DNA of 64,000 nucleotides from an uncultured Bacteroidales bacterium (GCA_964463915.1 CAYXEH010000001.1:3293-67292), one strand, 5' to 3'. Counted from the first letter of the stretch, positions 8,110 to 17,503 are shown. Numbers and translations are program-made. Notes: a model not told the origin generated them from the letters alone.

Positions 8110-10341
8110 ATGAATCCTGGGAAAGAACTTGCATCAAGGTTTATCAACAGCACAGGCTGTCATGTATTTCTGACAGGGAAAGCTGGAACCGGGAAAACCA
8201 CCTTCCTGAGGGAATTAGTTGGTACTACCCACAAAAAAACAATCGTAGCAGCCCCCACGGGCATAGCATCCATCAATGCCGGCGGAGTCACCCTTCATTC
8301 CCTGCTTCAGCTTCCATTCGGGGCCTTCTGCCCAACGGAGGATTTGCCGGGAGGATACCCCATCCAAACGGAAATTTACACCTCAAAAAGCCTCCTGCGA
8401 AACAGCAGGTTTTTTGAGGCCAAACGAAGGCTGCTGCGTGAGATGGAACTGCTGATTATTGATGAGGTCAGTATGCTGCGGGCAGATACCCTTGATGCCA
8501 TTGATACCATCCTGCGTCATGTAAGGCGTATAAGCCATAGACCATTTGGCGGTGTACAGCTTCTTTTTATAGGTGACCTGCTGCAACTGCCCCCAGTAGT
8601 AAAAAAACAGGAATGGGCATTACTGAAGGCCCATTACCCCAGTCTGCATTTTTTTCATGCCAGGGCCTTGAAGCAGAACCCACCTCTTTACATTGAATTC
8701 GAGCACATATACCGTCAGCATGACCCTGTTTTCATCAACCTGCTGGCAAAGCTCAGGGAAAACAAAATGAACAGAAAGGATTTAGCTCTACTGAACCGCC
8801 ATGTAAAGCACGGGTTTGATCCGCTGGAAGAATCCGGTCAAATTTTCCTTACCACACACAACCATAAAGCAGACCTTATCAACAGCAGGGCCCTGGAAAA
8901 ACTTAAGGGTCAACCGCTGTATTTTGATGCGGCAATTACTGGTGATTTTAGTAAAGCTCTTTATCCGGCAGAGTATTCCCTGCAGCTCAAGATAGGCGCC
9001 CAGGTAATGTTTATCAAAAATGACCACACCGGCGAACAGCGATATTTCAACGGCAAAATTGGCACCATCGAAGAACTCAGCAAAGAAAGGATCGTGGTAG
9101 GTTTCCCGGATGGTTCTGCTCCTGCTGAGGTAGAACGTTACACCTGGGAAAACAAAAAATTCAACCTTAACAGGGTAAACAACGAAATTGAGGAAAAGGT
9201 GACCGGAACCTTTTCACACTATCCCATAAAACTGGCCTGGGCAGTTACCGTGCACAAAAGCCAGGGGCTGACATTTGACAAAGCGGTAATTGATGTTTCC
9301 GGGGCATTTGCACCGGGGCAGATCTATGTGGCATTGTCAAGACTCAGGGGCCTTGAAGGACTTGTACTGAGCGAACCGGTCCCGGAACAACAGTTTGCTC
9401 AGGATGACCATGTCAAATTTTTTTCAGCAGGCAAAAGCCCGGTGAAAGAATTAAAACAAAAGCTTCAATCAGAATCCAGGCACTTCATTGAACAAGAACT
9501 TTCAGATACTTTCAATTTTGATCAGTTGCAGGAAAACCTCCGGCACCACCTACGGGGATATGACAAAAAAGAAGGTCGTTCAGTAAAGCAGTCAAACAAG
9601 TCATGGGCGGAGAATTTAATCCGCGAATTCCTGCCCGTTAAAACGATTGCTGACCGTTTTTCAAACCAGTTAAAACGCGACTTAAGTAATCATGAACTCG
9701 TCTACATAAGAAGCAGGGTACATAAGGCGAATGACTATTTTTCTCCTTTGCTGAGGAAGGTTTCTGAACAAATTTTCGAGCACATTTCCAGTGTCAGTGA
9801 ACAAAGCGGCACAAAAGGGTATGTGCGTGAATTACGTGAGTTGGAATCCGGATTCCATGCGCGGGTTCAAAAGTTACACAAAATGGAATCCCTGATCACG
9901 GCCATACTGGAAAATACAGAACCAACCCGCGACAATACACAGAATCCCGGGCTGATCAGGGATCGGGAAGATATGCTGGAAGAATTCAGCAAAGGCATTC
10001 TTGCCAAAAACAAACAGAAATCCCCCCGGCCGGCTAAAGGAAAACCAGCCAAAACACCATCCGCCGAGGTAAGTCTCCAGCTTTTCCTGGATGGAAAGAG
10101 TATGGAGGAAATTATTGAGATCCGGTCTCTTGCCTACAGCACCATTCAGTCGCATATGGTCAGTTGCGTGCAAAAAGGTCTCATTGATGCAGAACGGTTT
10201 GTGGAAAAAGAAAAAATGACACAAATCATGAAAGCCTCAGAAGCCATAGGAAGCAGGAAAGCCGGCGACATCATGGCCGTACTTGGAGATGAATTCTCAT
10301 TTGCCGAAGTGAGGATGGTAATGGCAGGAAAAAACGAATAA
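8110..10341 (+). CDS. PIF1/RecD-like SF1 helicase with C-terminal helix-turn-helix-like domain
   Basis: Walker A LTGKAGTGKTTFL, Walker B LLIIDEVSML, LLFIGDLLQLPPV, late SF1 motifs VHKSQGLTFD and YVALSRL. The C-terminal ~90 aa (SLAYSTIQSHMVSCVQKGLID) resembles the HTH tail seen on bacterial Pif1-like helicases. Confidence 0.8.
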   Translation: MNPGKELASRFINSTGCHVFLTGKAGTGKTTFLRELVGTTHKKTIVAAPTGIASINAGGVTLHSLLQLPFGAFCPTEDLPGGYPIQTEIYTSKSLLRNSRFFEAKRRLLREMELLIIDEVSMLRADTLDAIDTILRHVRRISHRPFGGVQLLFIGDLLQLPPVVKKQEWALLKAHYPSLHFFHARALKQNPPLYIEFEHIYRQHDPVFINLLAKLRENKMNRKDLALLNRHVKHGFDPLEESGQIFLTTHNHKADLINSRALEKLKGQPLYFDAAITGDFSKALYPAEYSLQLKIGAQVMFIKNDHTGEQRYFNGKIGTIEELSKERIVVGFPDGSAPAEVERYTWENKKFNLNRVNNEIEEKVTGTFSHYPIKLAWAVTVHKSQGLTFDKAVIDVSGAFAPGQIYVALSRLRGLEGLVLSEPVPEQQFAQDDHVKFFSAGKSPVKELKQKLQSESRHFIEQELSDTFNFDQLQENLRHHLRGYDKKEGRSVKQSNKSWAENLIREFLPVKTIADRFSNQLKRDLSNHELVYIRSRVHKANDYFSPLLRKVSEQIFEHISSVSEQSGTKGYVRELRELESGFHARVQKLHKMESLITAILENTEPTRDNTQNPGLIRDREDMLEEFSKGILAKNKQKSPRPAKGKPAKTPSAEVSLQLFLDGKSMEEIIEIRSLAYSTIQSHMVSCVQKGLIDAERFVEKEKMTQIMKASEAIGSRKAGDIMAVLGDEFSFAEVRMVMAGKNE

Positions 10342-10431
10342 ACCGAATTTCTATATAAATTTTATTGATATTTACAAGTTTTTCTTCCAAAAAAATATAT
10401 ACTATTTCTTTTGGCTGACCGATGATTTTTT

Positions 10432-10995
10432 ATGTATTATTGCCTCGAAAAACGACAATTCACGGAATTTATGCGCATTCAACGAATTCAACCCACCACG
10501 CCTCAGCAGGAAACCACCCGGGAATCGGTTGACCTGACTTTGATGGATGAACTACTGGAGAAATACAAAAACCAAAAAGGGAATTTAATTCCCTTACTCC
10601 AGGGAACCCAGGACATATATGGCTATCTCCCGAAAGCAGCATTTGCAAGAATTCACCGGGCAACCGGGCTGGAGCTGAATGAAATGTACGGGGTTGCCAC
10701 ATTCTATGCCCAGTTCAGGCTGGAACCCGCCGGCAAGTATATTGTGAAAATGTGCCATGGCACCGCATGCCACGTACAAAATGTGACTGCCATCACAGAT
10801 GAGATACTGGATACTTTAGGGATTAAGGACGGGGAAACCACCAGCGACGGGATCCTCACTGTAGAGACCGTAGCCTGCCTCGGCTGTTGTTCACTGGCGC
10901 CCGTAATGATGATTGGAGATGAAACTTACGGAAAACTTACCCCGAAAGAAGCCGTCCGCATCATCAAAGAAATACGCAGAAACGAGAACGGATAA
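10432..10995 (+). CDS. NuoE/HydC-like thioredoxin-like [2Fe-2S] ferredoxin subunit
   Basis: GNLIPLLQGTQDIYGYLP, CHGTACHV, CLGCCSLAPVMMI give the four-Cys pattern of the 24-kDa NuoE family. The start is uncertain: alternative Met codons at 10471 and 10543. Confidence 0.85.
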   Translation: MYYCLEKRQFTEFMRIQRIQPTTPQQETTRESVDLTLMDELLEKYKNQKGNLIPLLQGTQDIYGYLPKAAFARIHRATGLELNEMYGVATFYAQFRLEPAGKYIVKMCHGTACHVQNVTAITDEILDTLGIKDGETTSDGILTVETVACLGCCSLAPVMMIGDETYGKLTPKEAVRIIKEIRRNENG

Positions 10996-11015
10996 ACACA
11001 AAAACTATATTGACA

Positions 11016-12794
11016 ATGGGAAACACAAAGGTTATTGTGGGATTGGGTAGCTGCGGAATTGCAGCAGGAGCCAACAAGACCTACAATGAGTTTCAGCGCA
11101 TCATGAAAGCTGACAAGCTGGATTTCGAATTGAAAAAAACCAGCTGTATCGGCATGTGCTACAGGGAACCTTTGGTAGAGATCATCGACGACAATGGTAC
11201 CTACCTTTATGGGGAAGTAAACCAGGAAAGGGTCGAAGACATCATCGATAAGCACATCAAAAAATTCTCACCCATTCCCGAGTATATTGTACAATCAGAC
11301 AAGTATCCTTCAAAAGACCAGGCCTTTTTTGACGGACAGGTGAAGATCAGCCTGCGTAATTGCGGGCACATCGACCCGGAATCCATCGAAGAATACGAGG
11401 CGAGAGACGGATACGAAGCGATTCGTAAGATCGCCAGGGAAAAGCTCAGTCCTGCATCCGTCATTCAACAGGTACTTGATTCAGGGATCCGCGGGAGGGG
11501 TGGCGGAGGATTTCCCACAGGCTTAAAGTGGAAGTTCGCGCACAACAACAAGTCTGACAAAAAATATGTGATCTGCAATGCCGACGAAGGTGACCCCGGT
11601 GCCTTCATGGACCGCTCCATCCTGGAGGGTGACCCGCATGGGGTACTCGAGGGCATGATCATATGTGGCTATTCAATCGGGGCAAGTGAAGGATACATTT
11701 ATTGCCGGGCAGAGTATCCCCTGGCCATCAAGCGGCTCAACCTCGCCATTAAACAGGCGCATGAGAAGGGTTACCTGGGCAAAGACCTCTTCGGCATCAA
11801 AGGCTTTCACTTTGACCTGAAGATCAAAGAGGGTGCCGGAGCCTTTGTTTGTGGGGAGGAAACTGCCCTGATCGCCTCCATTGAAGGGGCCCGCGGCATG
11901 CCCCGAAGGCGCCCGCCATTTCCTGCGGAAGCAGGATTATGGAAACATCCCACCAACATTAACAACGTAGAGACATTTATCAATATTCCCTGGATCATTC
12001 ATCAGGGGCCCCAGGCCTATGCGCAGTACGGCACCGAGAAAAGCAAAGGCACCAAGGTGTTTGCCCTCACCGGGAAGATCCGTCACGGAGGGCTGGTGGA
12101 AGTCCCCATGGGAATCACCATCAAGGACATTATTTATAAACTGGGAGGCGGTATCACCGGAGACAAGAAATTCAAAGCAGTACAGCTTGGAGGCCCTTCC
12201 GGCGGATGCATTCCGGAATATCTTTCACATACCCGGGTGGATTATGACTCGGTCAATGCCACCGGTGCCATTATGGGATCAGGCGGAATGGTGGTTATGG
12301 ATGAAACAACCTGCGTCGTGGACATTGCAAAATTCTTCCTTGATTTCACCCAGAAAGAATCCTGCGGGAAATGTACCTTCTGCCGGCTGGGCACCAAAAG
12401 AATGCTGGAGATCCTTACCCGGATCACAGAGGGAGAAGGTCGCGAAGGCGACATTGAAATGCTGGAGCAACTGGCGGAAACAATTAAAGACAGTTCTTTG
12501 TGCGGATTGGGGCAAACCGCGCCCAACCCCGTTCTGACTACCCTTAAGTACTACCGGGATGAGTATGAGGCGCACATCCGCGACAGGAAGTGCCCGGCGC
12601 TCAGCTGTAAGAAATTGCTGACTTACACAGTGATTGAAGAGAATTGTACCGGTTGTACCGTTTGCGCCAAAGGTTGCCCGGTAAATGCCATTGAAGGCGA
12701 AAGGAAACAAATCCATCATATTGACCAGGATATATGCATCCAATGTGGAGTTTGTTTTACGCGCTGTAAATTCGATGCCATCAAATTGTCTTAA
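11016..12794 (+). CDS. NuoF/HydB-like NAD(H)- and FMN-binding subunit with extra N-terminal [2Fe-2S]-like and C-terminal 2x[4Fe-4S] domains
   Basis: GRGGGGFPTGLKWKF, ICNADEGDPGAF, ESCGKCTFCRLG, SLCGLGQTAPNP, plus ferredoxin motifs CTGCTVCAKGCP and CIQCGVCFTRC. The track start at 11010 is TTG; the first ATG is at 11016. Confidence 0.9.
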   Translation: MGNTKVIVGLGSCGIAAGANKTYNEFQRIMKADKLDFELKKTSCIGMCYREPLVEIIDDNGTYLYGEVNQERVEDIIDKHIKKFSPIPEYIVQSDKYPSKDQAFFDGQVKISLRNCGHIDPESIEEYEARDGYEAIRKIAREKLSPASVIQQVLDSGIRGRGGGGFPTGLKWKFAHNNKSDKKYVICNADEGDPGAFMDRSILEGDPHGVLEGMIICGYSIGASEGYIYCRAEYPLAIKRLNLAIKQAHEKGYLGKDLFGIKGFHFDLKIKEGAGAFVCGEETALIASIEGARGMPRRRPPFPAEAGLWKHPTNINNVETFINIPWIIHQGPQAYAQYGTEKSKGTKVFALTGKIRHGGLVEVPMGITIKDIIYKLGGGITGDKKFKAVQLGGPSGGCIPEYLSHTRVDYDSVNATGAIMGSGGMVVMDETTCVVDIAKFFLDFTQKESCGKCTFCRLGTKRMLEILTRITEGEGREGDIEMLEQLAETIKDSSLCGLGQTAPNPVLTTLKYYRDEYEAHIRDRKCPALSCKKLLTYTVIEENCTGCTVCAKGCPVNAIEGERKQIHHIDQDICIQCGVCFTRCKFDAIKLS

Positions 12795-12821
12795 GCACTA
12801 AAATATACAACCTGCTGACCT

Positions 12822-15800
12822 ATGAGTAAGCTCAATATCATCATAAACGGAAAGATCTTTCAGGGATACCAGGGAGAAACCATCCTGGAAATGTCTCGTC
12901 GCCTCAATATCGAAATACCCACGCTTTGCAACGACGACAGGCTGGAGCCTTTCTCCTCCTGCTATTTGTGTGTGGTGGAGGTGGAAGGAATGCGTGGCCT
13001 GCAACCTGCCTGCTCAACCAGGGTAACGGAGGGAATGCGTATTGAAACAGATAATGAAAGGGTGCGCAAGTCAAGGCAGTTTGCCCTGGATCTACTGGTA
13101 AGTAACCATTATGCCGATTGCGTCCCCCCTTGTAAGGAAGAGTGTCCTGCAGGAGTAGATGTGCAGGGATATATCTCCATGATTAGCAAGGGGAAATACA
13201 GGGAAGCCGTTGAACTGATCAAACAGACCAATCCTCTGCCGGCCATATGCGGCAGGGTTTGCGTCCGGCCGTGTGAGGATGTCTGCCGTCGCAACCTACT
13301 GGAAGAAGTGGGTGTTGGAATTGATTACCTGAAACGCTACACCTCTGACATCGACCTTTTCTCTCCGGATCGTTTCATGCCTGAAGTAAAACCGGATACG
13401 GGGAAGAATGTGGCCGTAATCGGAGCAGGGCCCGGAGGGCTCACCGCAGCTTACTTCCTGGCCAAAGAAGGGCACCGGGTGGAAATTTTCGAGGCTCATA
13501 AACATGCCGGCGGGATGCTTCGTTACGGAATCCCTCCCTATCGTCTTCCCAACGACATTATCGACAAGGAGGTTGAAGGGATTACCAGGCTGGGGGTAAA
13601 GATCCACTATGAACAAAAACTCGGTGACAACCTGAGTTATCAAACACTGAAAGACCAGTTCGACTCGGTAATCCTGGGGATCGGCTCACAGAAAGGAACC
13701 GGGATTGGATGCGAAAACGACGATGCCGGTAATATTTTTTCCGGAATCGACTTTTTAAGGAACATGGAGGCGACCGGGCAGAAGTATGACTTCACCGGAA
13801 AAAGGGTGGCAGTGATTGGTGGGGGAAACACAGCCATGGACTGTTGCCGGACAGCGAAACGCTGTGGGGCTGAAGAGGTAACGGTCATTTACCGGCGTAC
13901 TGAAAAGGAAATGCCCGCAAACCCCATTGAGATTCATGAATCCAAACTGGAAGGGATCAATTATATGTTTCTGACTGCCCCGGCCAAAGTGAATAAAGAT
14001 GACGAGGGCAATCTGGAATCCCTGACCTGCATACGAATGCAGCTCGGAGAACCTGACGCTTCGGGAAGAAGGCGGCCGGTTAAAATTGAAGGTTCCGAAT
14101 TTGATGTAGAATTGGATTACATCCTGGCAGCCATCGGTCAAAAAACAGTGGTCGATTTTATTGAGGATATCAGCAAGCACTCAGATAAAGAACTGAAACT
14201 CAACAAATGGGGCGACATTGATGCTGCTCAGGGTACTTTACAAACTTCCATTGACAGTGTGTTTGCCTGTGGAGACGGGGTCACAGGCCCGGCCACCCTG
14301 ATAGAAGCCATCGCCCAAGGGAGGATTGCTGCACAAAGTTGCAATAAATTCCTTGGACAACAACCGGTGACTCCAGCAGACAAAGAGTTTCTGAGCAAAA
14401 AAGACAACTTTGAAAAACAACAGAAAGAAGAATACCAGGGATATTTCCAGGCACAGCTCAGGGAGGAAATGCCTACCCTGGATCCGGATAAAAGAAACAA
14501 TTTTGAGGAGGTGGAAAGGGGCTATTCTGATGAGGCAGCCCAAAATGAAACGCAACGTTGCCTGGAGTGTGGTTGTTCTGAACTCCATACCTGCGACCTG
14601 AAACAATATGCCACCACCTACGGGGCGGAGCAGAAAAAATTCGGGGGAGATTATAAAAAGCACCACGTAGACTTTTCCCACCCTTATGTGGAAATTGACA
14701 ACAACAAGTGTATCCTGTGCTCCCGTTGCATCAGGATTTGCTCCGAAATGAACGGCGCCAATGCACTGGGCCTGGTAAACCGGGGGTTCGAAACCTATGT
14801 GGCTCCAAGTATGGATGGTCCTTTATCGGCCACAAACTGCGACTCATGCGGTTTATGTATTGATACCTGCCCCACCGGGGCAATCACGGAAAACGTTCCT
14901 TTTAAAACCATGCCGGTCAAAACAGACATGACCACTACAATCTGCAATTATTGCTCTATCGGATGTACGGTTTCCTATCACCATAAAGACGGGTTTGCAG
15001 GAAGGGCCACAGGAAGTGCAGGACTGGTGAACAAGGACGGCAGTATCTGCCGGCAAGCCAAGTTCGGCTACCGTTACCTGAATGAGTCCGGTCGCCTTAC
15101 CCATCCTATGAAGAAAGTAAATGGAAGTTTTGAAGCGATCAGTTTCAGGGAAGCATGGAAGCTCATCAAGGAGAAGGTTGCAGCAGTCCGGCCCGAAGAA
15201 AACGGGGTATATATCGGGGCAAGACTGACCAATGAAGAGATCTACCTGCTTCAGAAGCTGGCAAGGGCCGGATTGGGCACGGCTAATGTGGATAGTTTCC
15301 ATTATATGGGCCGCGGAAACGGTTACCTGGAAAACAGTCGTCACGTGGTCCCGATGGATCAGATCCGTCAGGCCAAAAAAATCTATTTTCTGGACAGTGA
15401 GATAAGCAAGGACAACCCGGTAGCAGGGTTTTATGCCGTCAATACCGCTTTTAAGGAAGCCGCAAAGCTGGAGTTGATCACCACAAGGGAAAATAGCAGC
15501 ATGGCGCATAAGGCTGATATCGTTACCGGTATTCAGTCCCCTTACCATTTTGTCAAGGCAACCATCCATTTTATCCTGTCCAATAAAATGGAGAATGGGG
15601 TGTACCTTGATGATCACTGCATGGATTTTGACAGCTACCGTAAGAAAGCACTTTCAGAAAGCTTTGACAAACTGATCCGGGAGGCCGGATGTACGCCGGG
15701 ACAAATTGCCCGCTTTGCAGAGGAATTCAACAGGGAAGCCCAGGCACTGATCATGTTTTCTGAGAAGGACCTTTCGGCCAACACCTGCCAGGAATTACGG

Positions 15801-16544
15801 AACCTTTGTCATCTGACCGGGAAATCCGGCAAAACGGGAACCGGCCTTCTCCCACTTAAGGAAAAGAACAATGCACAGGGGCTCTTTGATATGGGTGCAA
15901 ACTCAAAACTTGCACCAGGAGGAGGGGACATCCGCAATGACAAAGTGAGGGCCTCCCTTGCTGAGGCATGGAAAGTAAGCAACCTGCCCGCCGAAGCAAC
16001 AGAGGAACAGTGGGAACTCCTTAATTCAGGTAAAATTAAAAATGCATTTATCTTCGGAGAAGACCCCCTGGGATGCGCCATCAATAAAGAGGAGATGGAA
16101 AGAGCCCTGGACAAAACCGGGTTTCTGGTGGTACAGGATCTGTTTATGAGTGAAACAGCCGGTAAAGCCGACCTGGTGTTGCCGGCATCCCTGCATATGG
16201 AGATCGGTGGCAGTTTTACCAATACCCAGCGATTCATCCAGCAATTTGAGGCCAATTGGTCAGGGCCGTTGAAAAAGAACAGCTTTGACCAGCTACTCAA
16301 TTTGCTTGCTTTATTTGATGTGAAAGCTGATTACGAAGGACCGGCTGAGGTTATGCTGGAAACAGCTGCCATGATGCAGGCTGCCGCTGAATCTGCCAGT
16401 GGCCCATGCAGGCTGGTACACACAGACAATGACAACCAGGACAGGAAATTTGATTATGGATGCGACATCCTGACCAAAAAATTCGAAACAGCCTGGAATG
16501 AATCATTTAACAACATTAAAGAAACAAGCTATGAAAACGTTTAA
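12822..16544 (+). CDS. 1240-aa fusion oxidoreductase: 2Fe-2S ferredoxin, GltD/NfnB-like NADPH-FAD module, NuoG/HydA-type Fe-S domains and a degenerate formate-dehydrogenase-like (molybdopterin oxidoreductase fold) domain
   Basis: aa 1-80 CNDD..CYLC..ACST. aa 85-160 CVPPCKEECPAG..AICGRVCVRPCEDVC (GltD N-terminal Fe-S). aa 195-510 VIGAGPGGL, VIGGGNTAMDC, ACGD. aa 575-690 CLECGC..C, CILCSRCIRIC, CDSCGLCIDTCP. aa 705-720 ICNYCSIGC. The remainder aligns by eye to E. coli FdhH but reads NVDSFHYMGRG where FdhH has NVDCCARVUHG. Confidence 0.85.
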   Translation: MSKLNIIINGKIFQGYQGETILEMSRRLNIEIPTLCNDDRLEPFSSCYLCVVEVEGMRGLQPACSTRVTEGMRIETDNERVRKSRQFALDLLVSNHYADCVPPCKEECPAGVDVQGYISMISKGKYREAVELIKQTNPLPAICGRVCVRPCEDVCRRNLLEEVGVGIDYLKRYTSDIDLFSPDRFMPEVKPDTGKNVAVIGAGPGGLTAAYFLAKEGHRVEIFEAHKHAGGMLRYGIPPYRLPNDIIDKEVEGITRLGVKIHYEQKLGDNLSYQTLKDQFDSVILGIGSQKGTGIGCENDDAGNIFSGIDFLRNMEATGQKYDFTGKRVAVIGGGNTAMDCCRTAKRCGAEEVTVIYRRTEKEMPANPIEIHESKLEGINYMFLTAPAKVNKDDEGNLESLTCIRMQLGEPDASGRRRPVKIEGSEFDVELDYILAAIGQKTVVDFIEDISKHSDKELKLNKWGDIDAAQGTLQTSIDSVFACGDGVTGPATLIEAIAQGRIAAQSCNKFLGQQPVTPADKEFLSKKDNFEKQQKEEYQGYFQAQLREEMPTLDPDKRNNFEEVERGYSDEAAQNETQRCLECGCSELHTCDLKQYATTYGAEQKKFGGDYKKHHVDFSHPYVEIDNNKCILCSRCIRICSEMNGANALGLVNRGFETYVAPSMDGPLSATNCDSCGLCIDTCPTGAITENVPFKTMPVKTDMTTTICNYCSIGCTVSYHHKDGFAGRATGSAGLVNKDGSICRQAKFGYRYLNESGRLTHPMKKVNGSFEAISFREAWKLIKEKVAAVRPEENGVYIGARLTNEEIYLLQKLARAGLGTANVDSFHYMGRGNGYLENSRHVVPMDQIRQAKKIYFLDSEISKDNPVAGFYAVNTAFKEAAKLELITTRENSSMAHKADIVTGIQSPYHFVKATIHFILSNKMENGVYLDDHCMDFDSYRKKALSESFDKLIREAGCTPGQIARFAEEFNREAQALIMFSEKDLSANTCQELRNLCHLTGKSGKTGTGLLPLKEKNNAQGLFDMGANSKLAPGGGDIRNDKVRASLAEAWKVSNLPAEATEEQWELLNSGKIKNAFIFGEDPLGCAINKEEMERALDKTGFLVVQDLFMSETAGKADLVLPASLHMEIGGSFTNTQRFIQQFEANWSGPLKKNSFDQLLNLLALFDVKADYEGPAEVMLETAAMMQAAAESASGPCRLVHTDNDNQDRKFDYGCDILTKKFETAWNESFNNIKETSYENV

Positions 16545-16986
16545 CTCTGTAGATGAGATCCTTGATTTTGCCATGCAATCAGAACAGGAGGCTGTGGATT
16601 TCTACAACGGGCTGGCAGAAAGAATGAAAAACGAGGAAATGAAACAGGTTTTCCTCCAGTTTGCCAGGGAAGAAGTCGGACACAAAGCAAGGCTCCGTAA
16701 AATCAAAGAAGAAGGACTGTTTGACATGGATGTGGAGAAAGTGAAAGATCTTAAGATCGCCGATTACGTTGTTCAGTCAGGGGATGCCGGTGAGATGGAA
16801 TACAGGGATGCCCTGATACTTGCCATGAAAAAGGAAAAAGCAGCCTTTAAGCTATACACGAAGCTTTCGGAACGCACGGACCATCCTGAACTCCGGAAAG
16901 TATTTCAGGCACTGGCCGTAGAAGAATCCAAACACAAACTTCGGTTCGAACTTGAATACGATGACCATGTGATGCGTGAAAACTAA
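16531..16986 (+). CDS. Rubrerythrin/ferritin-like diiron protein (no rubredoxin domain)
   Basis: Two E...ExxH half-sites: EQEAVDFY...AREEVGHKARL and EKAAFKLY...VEESKHKLRFE. The likely ATG at 16531 (MKTFNSV) overlaps the end of the fusion gene by 14 nt. The track start at 16498 is less likely. Confidence 0.8.
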   Translation: MKTFNSVDEILDFAMQSEQEAVDFYNGLAERMKNEEMKQVFLQFAREEVGHKARLRKIKEEGLFDMDVEKVKDLKIADYVVQSGDAGEMEYRDALILAMKKEKAAFKLYTKLSERTDHPELRKVFQALAVEESKHKLRFELEYDDHVMREN

Positions 16987-17004
16987 TTTTTCATTTAGGA
17001 AATT

Positions 17005-17047
17005 GCAAAGAAAAGGGGACCTCATTCTGAAGTCCCCTTTTCTTTGC
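17005..17047. terminator. Bidirectional terminator hairpin between convergent rubrerythrin-like and hsp20 genes
   Basis: Perfect 16-bp inverted repeat gcaaagaaaaggggac / gtccccttttctttgc with an 11-nt loop. The arms are A/T-rich on both strands. Confidence 0.8.
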
Positions 17048-17065
17048 ATGCCCAATAGAAATCAG

Positions 17066-17503
17066 TTATGAAATATCAATTTGCTTTGGCGCTTTGCGCC
17101 TGGCTTCTTCCCGTTTCGGGATAACCACCAGTAAAATACCGTCCTTGTGTTTGGCCTTGATATTTTCGGCATCCACCGCATCAGGTAAGCTAAAAGAACG
17201 GCTGAAGGATGAATAGCTAAACTCTCTGCGCATGTACTTATCCCCATCCTTTTGCTCATCTTTATGCTCTTTTTCAGATGAGATGGTAAGTACATTGTTG
17301 TCCAGATCTACTTTAAAATCTTTTTTGTCCAACCCTGGTGCAGCCACTTCAATCTGGTAATCGTCATTGGTTTCCTTGACATTTACAGCAGGTGTGCTGA
17401 TCCCGGGCTGTTCACTGAAAACACTATCCATCCAATCCTTTCCGAAAAATTCATCAATAAAACTGGGCATGTTTTCACGGTTTCGTCTTCGCATTGGTAA
17501 CAT
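17066..17503 (-). CDS. Small heat-shock protein, Hsp20/alpha-crystallin family
   Basis: PAVNVKETNDDYQIEVAAPGLDKKDFKVDLDNNVLTISSEK...FSRSFSLPDAVDAENIKAKHKDGILLVVIPK. AAGGAGG sits 8 nt upstream of the ATG. Confidence 0.92.
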   Translation of the reverse strand: MLPMRRRNRENMPSFIDEFFGKDWMDSVFSEQPGISTPAVNVKETNDDYQIEVAAPGLDKKDFKVDLDNNVLTISSEKEHKDEQKDGDKYMRREFSYSSFSRSFSLPDAVDAENIKAKHKDGILLVVIPKREEARRKAPKQIDIS

